Source of the DNA: Syncephalis fuscata S228
Taxonomy: Eukaryota; Fungi; Zoopagomycota
NCBI GenBank assembly: GCA_025786725.1
Contig: JAHLTZ010000006.1
Location: 62,001-126,000, forward strand
Direction of reading: 5' to 3'
Length of the DNA: 64,000 nucleotides
Positions within the stretch are counted from its first letter, which is position 1. Each line of letters begins with the position of its first letter. This document shows, piece after piece, positions 35,871 to 48,769 of this stretch. The notes below the pieces were generated by a model. The model ran no database searches and was not told the DNA's origin. It saw only the letters and a list, made by a program, of their open reading frames with translations. A program made the position numbers and the translations under genes.

Positions 35871-37385
35871 ATGTCATTATTGAAGCCATCATCGTTGCCA
35901 TCATCACCATCGTCGCCACCATCTAACACAACTGTCGTATCGACATCTCATTTAAAGGTTTGTCCGAATACTCGACAACTTTTATTGACCCATAACGATC
36001 AACCATTACAAGATGTTTATGGATCTATTGGATTGGCCCGGTTCTTGGCCCATCCTGAAGTGCAAGATCAAATTCTACAAGATCCGGAAACTTACTTACC
36101 TTCACTTATCCTAGCGGTGGACAGTGTTGAGAAACGAGGTCGACGCGGCTATGCACGGCGGGCTTTTCGCTTTTTAATGCACCATCGACGCTTTACTATG
36201 GATGATATACAGCCATCAGAGGGACGGTCATTTGAATTGTCTACGGCCACCAATAGTCATCGTGGCAGTAGAAAGCGTCCTTCAGTATTGCCTTCTGTGC
36301 CACGAGCAAGAAAGAAACAAAAGAATGTACTAGTAAAGACGGAGCAAAGGACAGATACTACTCATTCAATCCACAGTGTAGTAGAAAAGACACCACAAAA
36401 ACTATCTAATCTAGATCACACTACTTTTGTATCAACATCACACACAAATACGGATAATTCTAATTGGTCATCTACTGAAGAAGATGAAGGAGAAACAAGC
36501 GATGATAATGATGTTAAAGATAATTTAATTGATTTATCAGCAAAAAGATTAAAATTTACTACTACCAGTCTAGCAAAACAATTAGTATTGTAGATACAGA
36601 TCGTGATATATTACCACGTACAGTTCTACGCCCACCTGTATGTTGTTGTTGTCGTCGCCATGGCCTACCCGTCGTATTGATGTCGTTATTCCTACTAGAA
36701 CATCAATTCAATTAAACAATTCAAATGATAGATCATTATTAGATGGCAATGAATATTTATCCAATAGAGATGAATTAATATCGTTAAAACCAATAGATAA
36801 ATCAACAACGCCGTTATCTACTACTTTACAACAACAACAACAAAACCAATATCAACATCCTTACCTGCTGTATCACCACCACCACCAATCATCAATTCAT
36901 CTATTGTTCCAGAGCTTGAACCGGTATTACCTACTAATAGTCTATCTAATACAACTAGCAGAAAAGAGAATAAGGACAATGAAGCAGAGACGGCTGAACA
37001 GATACGCGCTATTGAAGCTTTAATGTTTGATTTGGATACTGATGATGCCAGTCTTGTTTTAACAACAAATACAAATACAAATACAATAATTGATAGTGGC
37101 ATACCATCAGTGCCTGTAACCAGTCCATTAACTGAACAGTCTTTATTGGAAACAACAACTCGATTACTTGTATCACACCAACATGATTTGTCATTACAAG
37201 GTTTATCAATAGATACATTTCCATTAACAAATCAATGTTCTACTGAATCAATAGTCACCACTACAACTACACCAACAACACTGCTTAATCTTTCTTTATT
37301 TGATAACAATATTTTAAATGACGAACTTGTTTATTCATCTATTCCTTATCCTCATTCTCATTCTCATCCAGATTCTACTGCTTAG
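35871..37385 (+). CDS. Hypothetical low-complexity (Ser/Thr/Pro/acidic) protein, one gene split by three apparent 1-bp deletions
   Basis: ORFs 35871..36593, 36640..37023 and 37023..37385 join through three consecutive single-base shifts (~36575, ~36660, ~36860); basic NLS-like clusters RKRP and RKKQK. Confidence 0.6.
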
Positions 37386-37453
37386 TCTCTATTGTTTAAC
37401 CAACCAACCAACTATTATTCTTATCATTATAGCATCATTTTTATTCAATTGAA

Positions 37454-40400
37454 TTAAAGATATAAACTGGCCGCAAATACAATATCTCGTTTGATTTTAG
37501 TAATACCTATTAATGTTATTATTAATGCTGTTATTATTCCAAGTTGTTCATTTAATGGTTTACCTTGGGCAAATTTAACTTCTAGTTCTGTATTACCAAT
37601 GGCTTTGGCAGCTGCACTCATTTGTCGTAGTAATTCTTCCAATCGTCTAAATGCTCGAATTAATGATCCCTCAAATACATCGGTCAACTTAATGACTTGA
37701 GAGAATTTGGCACCCTGTGTTTACATGCTGTATTAGTAATTGTGTGGTGGTTATTAGTATATCGATGATACTACTTACATTACACCAGGCATAGACTACA
37801 TCCATCAATTCAGGTCGGAATGAGGCAATGTATTCTTCTTCGTCAATCTCCAATTTAGACTCTTTAGAAATCTTGGCAATGCGGCGTGCTGTCTCTTGTA
37901 GTACACGTAATGGACCGGCCAGTTCTTCCGATAGTTTTGTTGTTTGATCGCTCTATTGATTGTTTAATATTGATGTGGCCTCTATCTTGTGGTTGTAGCT
38001 TACCTTTTCTTGAAATACAAAACAGCTAAGTAGCGATACTGATTGCTCGACTGTCAAATCATTAAAGACACCATTAAAGATCAATTCAGTCAGCATGAGT
38101 TCGTCACCGGTACTGATTTCGCAGGCTACACGGCCTTTAATCTCGATAACATCAGCCGCATTTGTATAATCAAGTCTAAATTAATGTTTAGCTAGGTTAT
38201 AGAGGGGTAGTCTCTCTTACCGTCGAAGTACTCGTTTACGGCATTTTAGTTCTTCTAATTGAGCAACTGAGACGGCAGTCCTGATCTTTCGCTTGATTTC
38301 CTTTATTTTACTCATTAATAGCTGTTTATGAGCATATTGATCGTAGAGTTTTGGTAACCGATCCGATCCGTGCAATGGATTGGCAAATAGCTTGCCTTCA
38401 AGTAGTTTTGTTTTCTACCATTTAATCAATATTAATGTTATTTAAAATGTAATCAATTTACCTGAACTAGCTTCTTAAATGTCTCATCGCGAATATTCAT
38501 ATGCTCAACTGGATCCAATAGAGGTACACCATCCGGGAAGCGTTTCTGTACTTCCAAGATTGATTTGCGCACCATATTATAGTCTTCCTTATTACGTAAA
38601 TCCTTTTTAATATGAATACGCAAACTACTTAGACCATCGATAGCACCCAAGGCTACTGGAACCACCTAGTGACCATTTAGTTAGTTTAATCGATTCAATA
38701 GACTACTTATCAATGATTAATTGATGGGTAGATTAGTAAATACCTGTAATTCAGATTTGCCATTAGACAAGGGTGGGTGGACAGCGTTTTTCCACCACGA
38801 CCTATGCCATCAGTTACTTGACCTTGATTTGGTGCACAAAGAAGTGCTGTATCAACGATATATGCCTGATAGGCTGGTGGTTCTGGTTTGCCCTATAAAT
38901 ACTAGAATTAGATACCTGTTTATTCATTATATATATAGTAGCTATTCTATTTACTTTTTGAACAGGTGTTTTTTGATAGTTAACAATAACACCCCATCCA
39001 AAGTCATTATCACCATCTCGGACACGGATTAGACGACCAGCCTGTAAGAAACGCAGTACATGCTGTGGATGATGCATAATTGTACGAATATCGGTATTAA
39101 ATGCCTCAATTTGTTGACGGATATCATAATATTCAGTTACTAATGCTTCGTCTTCAATAACAATATCATTGCGCGCTACTTCAAGTGCACGTTGTTCTAA
39201 AATAAAAATAAAAATACCGTGCTCATTAGAATTGTTTATCTACTAATACTATTTACAATTAAATGCTCACCTTCTTCTAACGATGGCACACTAGCATTGC
39301 TTTGGAATTGGAAAAAGCAGCGTTCTAACATAAACTCTGGACTAATTTCCTCGACTCTCATTAAATTCAAAATCATATTATACGACAGTCTAAATGCGGA
39401 ATTAAGTCGATCGGCTTCTCCCTAATCATATGTCATATATCAGAGGTTGTCCCATTAACTGGTCACTGTTTAATATTACTTACTTTAACCATGCCTTTAG
39501 CTACTGGTGGTTCCATCTTTTCGTCCAACATCAAAATAACAATACCTCGATCATCTAGACCACGTCGACCGGCACGACCACTCATTTGGATATATTCACC
39601 ACCTGAAACCTATTTATTGTTCATTTGTTAATAGTCATTATATTGCACCTATACTTGAACCTACCCAACGGAAGTCTTTACCATCGAATTTACGAACACT
39701 CGTAAATACTACTGTTTTAGCCGGCATATTCAAGCCAATAGAAAATGTTTCTGTGGCAAATAGTACTTTTAATAAACCTTCTTGGAACAAGATTTCAATC
39801 ACTTCTTTAAGAATTGGTAATAGACCTGAATGATGGATACCGATACCGCGTTTCAATAATGGCAAAATATGTTCGATTTGCGGTAGTTTGCGGTCATCCT
39901 CTGATAGCGAGTTGATAGCGTTATTAAATATCTGTCCTACTAGATCCCGTTCATCGTCTAATTCAATCAAATAAGTATATATTGTATAATACAGCTGGTG
40001 TAATGCCAATAATGGCACTGTCATTATTTATCTACTAACCGCTATTGAAATCCAATTTAGACATCTGTAATGCCAATGCTTCACACTCCTTTTTACTAAA
40101 GGCAAATACAATGACTGGATGATAGTTTTTGGTCATAATCATCTTGACAATCTTGTAAATATCGCTTGGCCCATCCTTCTTTTTGTTTCCTTTATTCTTT
40201 TGACCACGTCCACTACCACCGGCGTCCAATTCCGCTTCTTGTGCTTGTTGGCGTTCCGATAATACTGCCAAAGCCTTTTGAAAGTTCTCTTCGCGAAAAT
40301 TACTCTTTTCATCGACTACCAAGTGAATACCGTCACCACCAGCAGGGAATAAATAGTGTTGTAGTGGAGTGGGTCGGAAATCCGTGTAAACAACATGACA

Positions 40401-41700
40401 TGGCTATATAGATGTTTAATATCAATTATATACATAAATATACAAGTAAAATGTATTAGTGGTTTAATTACTTACTTGTTCATGGATCTTTGTAATCCAT
40501 TCGGCAAACTGAAGTGCATTTGGAATGGTGGCCGATAAAAAGACATAGTGAACTTTATGTGGCATAAGAATCATCGTCTCCTCCCAAACAACACCGCGTG
40601 CTAATTATTAGGGTCAAAATGTTAACATTAATAGTAATTTGATCATTTGACGTAGTAATTACCTGCATCTCTCATATAATGGACTTCATCAAATACTACC
40701 CATGCTACTTCTCGCATAACTTCTGAACCTCGATACAACATAGAACGAAGAATCTAGTGTTAAGGGCAGTATTAGTAATTTTATTCATTCCTGTGAAATA
40801 CAATACTATGGAAACCTACTTCAGTGGTCATGACCAGGCAACTGGCACTAGGATTAATAGTTACATCACCGGTCATTAGACCAACATCGCCAAACTCGCA
40901 ATAATTCACGATATTTTTGATTACTTAATGCCTATTCATATTTACATCAGTATTCAATTAAATAATGTATAAATTTGATCTACCTTAATTGGGCTAGTGT
41001 AGATGACTCGTTGTTTATCGCGTAGACTCGTCGCAATTGCATACTCGGCTACCACTGTTTTACCAGCACTAGTATGGGCACTGACCAGAACAGACTCATT
41101 ACGCTGAATACACCGGATTGCTAGGTCCTGGAAAGGATCAAGTGTAAATGGATAGGTACGCGCTGGCTGTGCCGGTGGAATATGTTCATTAATCGGTATA
41201 TAGTCGTAGCCAGGTGGAAAAGCTACTTGATGGCGTGCCTGTTACATATACTTAATATTTGCCATTAATAACATTAACTAATAATTACTTACTTGATGGC
41301 GTAGCTGGATCTTCTCCTGTCCATCGGTTTGCAAACCACCAGCTGCCACCTCACGTTCTGATTCTTGAGCGAATGCATCAGTAACAATGGCGGTTGGTGC
41401 ATTGCGTAATCGACGTTGAACGCGCTCCTTCTCGGCCTCATTTTCAAGCGTTGAATCAAGGCCAGTTGATGCTGGCCTTTTAGCCAGTGGCTGTTCGTTA
41501 TCGCCCAGAGCTCGTTTTCCAGAAGATAAAGCAGGTGTAGTGGCTGATTCAAGTGATAGCTTTTCCAACGTTGCCATCGGATCGTTTACTCGTTTATTCT
41601 TTTGCTCTGTCAGCGCGACATTCTCATCGAGTAAAGTCTGATGCGACTTTTGATTCGTGTCGAACACATCAAACAGCGCATTGGCATTGCCGTTGAACAT
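37454..41700 (-). CDS. MTR4: Mtr4/Dob1 Ski2-like RNA helicase (TRAMP/exosome cofactor), many exons
   Basis: [68 protein letters not shown]-terminal [13 protein letters not shown]. Confidence 0.96.
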
Positions 41701-42144
41701 GTTGCCGTGTAATCTTGGATTAGTGTAAGGAATTCTAGACAAAATGCGTCGCTGTCTACAAAAAAACAAAAAATATTTTATTTTTTATACACTCGATCCA
41801 ATTCACTGTGCATTGACATAAACCATATTAATCATACTGATCGTCAGCAAATTTAATATGCACACTTTAGCTTTATTCCTCTGCCTTACTCAACTGTAAC
41901 TATTGGTACGTGAGACTATAATTGCAAATACTATATTGCTATTGGAAAGTATTAATGGAACCTTTCTTACAAAAGTGAGTTGATTAACTGACAATATATT
42001 CTATTCTCCGCCTTACAGTCTATAATATTTATTAATAAACAATATTTTATTGTTGTGTATTAGTATTTGCAAAAAGCAAATTTTATTTAACTAGTCAAAT
42101 AAATAATCTATACAGTAATAATATTGTAGTAAAATTAAGTAGTT

Positions 42145-45109
42145 AAAAGATATTACAATAATATTTATTGAAACAATAATTAACTGGCACTGATTATGCT
42201 GTTTAATAAAAGCTAGCATTATAATATGCATATTAATTGAAAATGCAATGTACATAAATATTAGAAATGTGTTTTGTTTATTGTAAAATGGGCATAAAGT
42301 AAATTTATAGTTGCTCTAATATAAAGGCAACGTATAAAGGTGTTACCAATAAGCTTGTCGATATTACTGTTCGTGGCATGATATAGCCGTCAGTGTTTAT
42401 GACACGGCAATAGTCAGCTAAGTGTCTAATGGTATATGGATATTACTGCGGTGTATATCAAAGGAACAAAAGGTACTGTTTTAGATCTAGTGTTATGGTC
42501 TAGGATTTATAGACAGATACAACTTGCAGACAAACCAGACAGTCAACGTAAAGCTTTCTACTATTGCTGTATGTGCTGTTGCTGTATTACTTATATCTGC
42601 CACTACAACAATAAATGCCAACCTAAGTCGTCTTCGTCGAGGATTACCGTTGAGTTAAAGAAAAGATTCATATACACTTAGCAAAAACAACAATGCTGTA
42701 GAATCAAGCTTGGGTCATCTACGTTAAAATTAACTAGATAGAGGAGCATGGCCAGTGTGTTTTTAAAAGCTGTAGGCTCCGAGATAGAGCTAGTGCCGCT
42801 GAATAAAGTATATTTCCATATAATTCGATGACTGATACTTACAATCACCATACTTTAGTTCATTCATATTTTTAATTCGGTTGGTGTAAATTATATACAT
42901 GATGCATATTATATATTAAAGTGATATTTGTCTTTTTGTTGTTACTGTGGTTTTAAGTAATGCATACCAAACCAAAATCAAAATAGTGATTTATTAACTC
43001 GTTTACTCTATTGTCTATCACATAATATCTATTGTCTTTCGGTAAACATATGTTGCTATCCAGTCTTCTGTCTATTATTTGAATGTTAAATTGACAAAAA
43101 ACTATTTCAATATATATGATAATATTGCGATGCAGCTCAAGCGACCAACAAGCATTACGGACTGATAGGTATCTTCTACTATCTTTACCTTATAATCAAA
43201 CAATTGGCAACATCAATGCCTGGTCCAGTGTTTTATTATCAGACATGTCGATGCACAACAGCCAATAATTAGCTCAAATAATTGATCCAAAACCAAGGCC
43301 TTATCGACAGGTGGTTTTACTGTGCTAAAATAACTCGTTCATTCCTGTAACCAGACTGCAATGTCAAATTAAATGAATTTGTGAGCTGACCAGTATATTC
43401 GCATAATTTAAATGTTGCAGCTAGTTTATGCACAATAGTAGTACTTGTAAATAACCACAAGCTAAGAAATGTTGTAGGGCAATTAACAATTCACTAAGTG
43501 ATCATCATGCGTGGCAATAACTTAATATAATAGGCCGTAAGTGATGCTGTATATTAACTGACTATACACTAATTGCATAGTTACTGTTTGTATCAACAGC
43601 TTAATATAATAGGCTGTAATTGGTATTGTATATCAAGCAGCTACACGCCAATTTTGTTATATATGTAATGCGCATAAACAAATTAATATCAATAGATAGT
43701 AAGTGATATCTTATAGCAATTGGATATATACCGACTATATTTATGCGTTGTGTTTATTAAATAACTTATAGAATTAGATCGTAAGTGGCATTATATATCA
43801 ATTGGCTATGTACTAACTGCATATTATGCAATGTGTGTATCAATACGCTGCTATTAGTAGAGAGTAAGTAATATGGCATATTGGCTGATTATGCATTAAT
43901 TCCATGTTATTTACTGTCTATATCAATATTTAATCAAACAGTTGTAAGTGCATTGTGTAATTGCTATTCATTAATTGCATATTCATTGCGTATCAATAAC
44001 TTAATATTAATAGGCAGTAAGTATTAGTGCATATTAATTAACTATGTATTGTTTATACACTACATGTTTTTATATCAATAATTCAATGCTAATAGGACGT
44101 AAGCGATATTGTATGCTAATTAACTGGTTACTAATTACACGTTTATTTTGTATGCTGATGCTAATACTAATAGGCGGTAGGTGATAATTTATATTAATTA
44201 TTTATGCGCTAATTGTATATTATATATTTATGCATCAATGATTTAATATTAATAGTAAGTAATATGGGATATTGATGTATTATGAATTAATTTTATGTAA
44301 TGTTCTATGTTCAACAACTTGACATTAATAGAGAGTAAGTGATGTTATACATTGTTGGTTTATACATTAATTCATATCACTTGTGTATATATTTATAAAC
44401 ATAGAATAACCGGTACATCCAATACATTGGCATTAGCAGTAGGATTGAACGACTAGTTCAATCTATTCTAGGCATATACTAGGTGCAAGGCAAGGTCGTT
44501 TGACAAGTGCCGTTCAGCTTATTTATATAGCAAGTTCTAGCCAATGATCCGGTTTATTTCTTTTAATCAGTGCACCATTACATCACTAGCAAACCTGAAT
44601 TCAGTTGTGTTTATTCAACTATTCAGATTTTTAGTAATAAATACATGGTTCCATTTTACTTTGTTTGATCAAGTCATCATGTCTATGCTCATGTTTTATT
44701 TACATCCAACAATTAGCAAATGATAATCAGCTATATTATTAACATGTTTGCAAAATACAAAGCTTAAATTTACATATTTCAACACTTTGTGCTAATCAAC
44801 TGTTTTCTCAATAGCTTTAATTTTATTATTTGCTTTTTATGTAACAAGATTCGATACTGTCAAATTAGCTGGCTAATTCATTTTAACCATTCTAGTCGCT
44901 TGACCAATGATCGCTAGCATCTTCAGTGTAGATACTGCGCTTGTTTATCGCACTGCGAGTATCAAGTGCTTTCAGATTATCAGCCTCTACTTGTTGTGTA
45001 GCTGCCTTTATTTGGGCCATTACAGTTGCATTACGAATGGCCGAAGAGCATGTGGTAGTGGCAGGACGTGGTTGAGCCTGAGCGTTGGAAGTAGCATAAG
45101 AAACGTAGA
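42145..45109. repeat. ~2.97 kb direct segmental duplication, copy B (probable donor; continuous with intact VPS72)
   Basis: Matches 23782..26755; its right end runs on into the complete VPS72 last exon. Confidence 0.97.
43460..44404 (+). other. Intron-like unit / 3-nt putative micro-exon array (copy B)
   Basis: Same junction series starting TAG|GCC|GTAAGT at 43534; the sixth junction here keeps GTAAGT (43944); last acceptor at 44404. Confidence 0.7.
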
Positions 45110-47007
45110 TTTTCTGGTCATCCATCCAATGGTAACCGCCTTGTCTTAACTGATGGATGGTATCCAATGCTTCCTCGGTGGCGTAAGGCAAACCAGTATG
45201 CGGCTCATATCCTATAGCAGGAAGTCCAGTAATGATGCATTTGATACCTAATTATTGCAGTTAAAATATTAGTATAGCGCTAGTATAAATCAATTAAACA
45301 ACAATTTACCTTTTGTGCCCAAATGTAATAATGTCGCAGGTGCTTGTTCATCAGCGGCATTGGTATATGCACCCAAATTATTGTTCCAAGGAAAAGTACC
45401 AGCTGCTAATCGTCGCAACATTGAGAATGCTCTTAGATTAGCATAAGGTAGGCCAGTCTTTGGATCACGATATTTTGCTGGTAGCCCAGTGATGACACAG
45501 GTGGACTTCTCGGGATCTATGTATTGCATTTAATTAAAAGAGACATGTTTAGCATATTACTTACAAGGCAAATCATTGTGCCATGAGGCAAATGTTTTTT
45601 CAAAGCTTTGTTTATCCGAAAATGTGACACGAACTTGGGTTCTTAATAAATTCGACTTTTTGAACGACCCGATTTCATGATCCATGTTAGAATCTTCTTT
45701 AAGCTCAATAAACGATACAGCGTTGCTGGATGGTGTTGAATGTTTTTTTGAATTGTCGACTAATGTAATAGCGTCATTTATGTGTGTGTTATTATTGTTA
45801 TGCTGTGGTTGTGATGTTAAGTCATTTGTAGAGTCTGTAAGCTTTTTACAAACTTCTACATCTATTTCCACCTCTTGATCCATTACATTTACAATATATG
45901 ATGGATCATTTTTTGTTACAGCACTATTAGTTATATGATTTGTTGAAACAGCTGACACGGGATCCGACGTAGCTTCATCCTTCGCCAAATAGGAGTGTAT
46001 TTTTAGTGTTGGTCCTGCTAACGTATAAATCAATATAAGTTAAGGTAATAAATAGTAATAATTAATATTTTATAATCAATATAAAAGGATATTTATAACG
46101 CTTTGTGGCCCAAATATTTTTTCGCTTCTGTTGCTCTTGTTCTTCCAGCTTGAGATGTTTTTCTAATTGGGCAATATTTTCTCTTTCCGTTTGCTTTGCT
46201 TCCAATAAACGTTCTGCCTGAGAAATAATAACAGGCTCTGCTTTTTCTTTTTTTGGAAAAATAGACTATCATTTATATTAGAACTACATACTAATGTGCT
46301 CCCTTATCAATCAATACCTACTCTTCTTAACTCTTCTTGACGTAGCCGCTCCTCAACCTGATGTTTATTTATAATTGCTTGTGTTCTTAGTGAATGTCGA
46401 GGTGGTGGTACTGTATTAGTTTGTTAGATTACCAAATATACACAATATCTTAATGCTTACAAGGCTGAGTACTTGTTGTTTTTGAGGTCAAAGTTGTTTT
46501 TGTCGATGTAGTTGTTGTGCGTTTGTTAATTGTTACTGCTTTTTGTGGTATATTCCATGCCGGTACATGCTATAGTCCAAGTGAGATGATTGATTATAAA
46601 CTATATAATTACTTACTACTTTTTTCTTACGTCGACGCTCCTCTTCTCGTTCCTCTTCAAACAATTGGGCATCAGTGTCCAATGCATTGGTTCCCTCCGT
46701 CGTTTCTTCATTTTCCTCCTGCTCAAAATCCGAATCAAATACATCGCCATCCTCGACTATGTAACAAATCATTAGATATATCGTAATAAATACCCGCCAA
46801 GCTTACCCGGTTCAGCAAAATCCTCGTCGTCGGCTTCTGCGCCGTCATCATCCACCGTACCAGCAGCCTCGCGTTGCATCATACGTTCATGTTCTTTGTC
46901 CAACAACTCACGCATTCTAAAAAGACTAAGCTATTATTTGTGCAAGTACTTATGGCTTACCGATTGCCGGCATTTGCACGGCGAGATCGTTGACTAACAA
47001 ATGACAT
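44892..47007 (-). CDS. VPS72: Vps72/Swc2/YL1 (H2A.Z chaperone of SWR1) with two tandem YL1-C domains
   Basis: N-terminus MSFVSQRSRRANAGNRMRELL, acidic DVFDSDF, RHSLRT, ERLLEAKQTE; C-terminal CVITGLPAKYRDPKTGLPY followed by a second CIITGLPA..EPHTGLPY. Confidence 0.9.
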
Positions 47008-47224
47008 AGCGAAAACAGACAAAAGTCTACGTTGGCATATCGTAATTGCTTTGCAAGGTTTGTTGATCGTGCTGATCTCAACGTTATTGCTATAGTAGTT
47101 TTGCAAATGACGCGAGTATCAACAAAAGGTGAAAATTAAAAAAACCAATTTGGCTGTATTACAAAGCCAGAGTCACAATATTAATAAATTAATATTATTT
47201 AAATAAATACTATTTTTTAAAGTA

Positions 47225-47370
47225 ATCATTGCTTGAACAGTATTTATTTATCTGGAAAGTGTAAAACAAATGCTAAACACTAAAAAAGTGATTTATTATA
47301 TACTTGCTGTTTTAGAATACTAAAAATGTAATAGATAATAGATTCAACGGCTGGAACAGCTTCAATCACT
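47225..47370 (-). pseudogene. Decayed duplicate of the tyrosinase 3' end and 3' flank
   Basis: Aligns to ~48703-48848 (TTGAACAGTATTTATTTATCT, CGGCTGGAACAGCTTCA) with many G>A and C>T changes. Confidence 0.8.
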
Positions 47371-48769
47371 CAAACCGAAGTATAGTAACATAAATACAAG
47401 CAATAATAATAATCATCATCATCATCTATATTCAAATCTATATTCTATTGTATTTGCAAAAATGATAGCAGAGCAAAATAAATAGTGCATAATAAAAAGT
47501 GAGCGTTTATTTCGTAATAATCCCAGTCATGTACAGCAACACTCTAGTAATAGTTGTGTGTGCATTGCCGAGCAAATGACAATAAAGATGCTCATAGCTA
47601 TTTGCATAATGTCGTAGTTGTTTGCAAAATACATAACTCAATAAACTTTAGTAGTACTTGCTTACAGATCTTGAGAGATGACGTGTATTAAAACGTAGAT
47701 CAGTTGGGTATATGGTTAGATAATGTTCTGCAATGATCAGCAACAAAATTTGACGCCGGATACTGTGTCGATTTAGAATGAATAGTATAATAAAGAGAAT
47801 ACCAGTTGCTGCGCTGTTCAGTTACCACTGGACATATACCAAATACAAAAGTAGCTATGATGCAATCACACCTTTAGTATGATTGCTGAATAAGTCTTTA
47901 GCGCCAAGGCTGCAGTGTGATCTGTAGTGGTATTAATACCAAAAAACAAAGTATACAACGAGATTTGATAGTATATATGCAGCAAAACATAACAACAAGT
48001 CAGAAATGCAGCTACTATGCCGAGAAAAGTGACAATACTAATGATCGGAGTGATTAAGATGATTTACAAAAAAGGTCAGATTACAAAAGAGCAATGCAAA
48101 GACATAGTGTAAATAGTATTTGTACTTGACTAGTAGTTAGTCAACTACTGATACTATTTATGTAGTATATATGGTATGTACAAGTATATGCAATGTATAT
48201 ATGCTATCAAGTGTAAAGAAAGAGAAAGGAAATGTGATGACGTAGATTGTGAGCTGTGGACCCTGTCAGTCAATATTTATAGACAAAAGAGTTTAATTGA
48301 TTAATAAATGCAATGTGAAATAATAAAAGTCAATCTACCCAACATGTCGGTACACCATAGAACAGATAAATAGTAAATAAATAAATGCATTAGGAATAAA
48401 GGTCATTTTACCACCAAAACTGCTCATTATCATAAAACATATATTCAGTATAATGGCAAGTATAATAAAAATAAAATTTATTTAACACAAAATTATCTTA
48501 CGTGTAAAGTATAAAATAAATATGTATACAATAGATTCATCTGCAACAGCACAATATCATTATGATGTACATTAAACATATATAAAAATATAAGTTTGCC
48601 GCGTACTGGATAAGTACTGAATTTACATGACATTATCTAAATCCTATACGTACATTATCTATAAAGCTATATTCACTTATATGGCACATTTAAATGTAGC
48701 TAGTCATTGTTTGAACAGTATTTATTTATCTAAAAGCGTAAAACAAATGTTAAACACTGGAGAAGTGAT

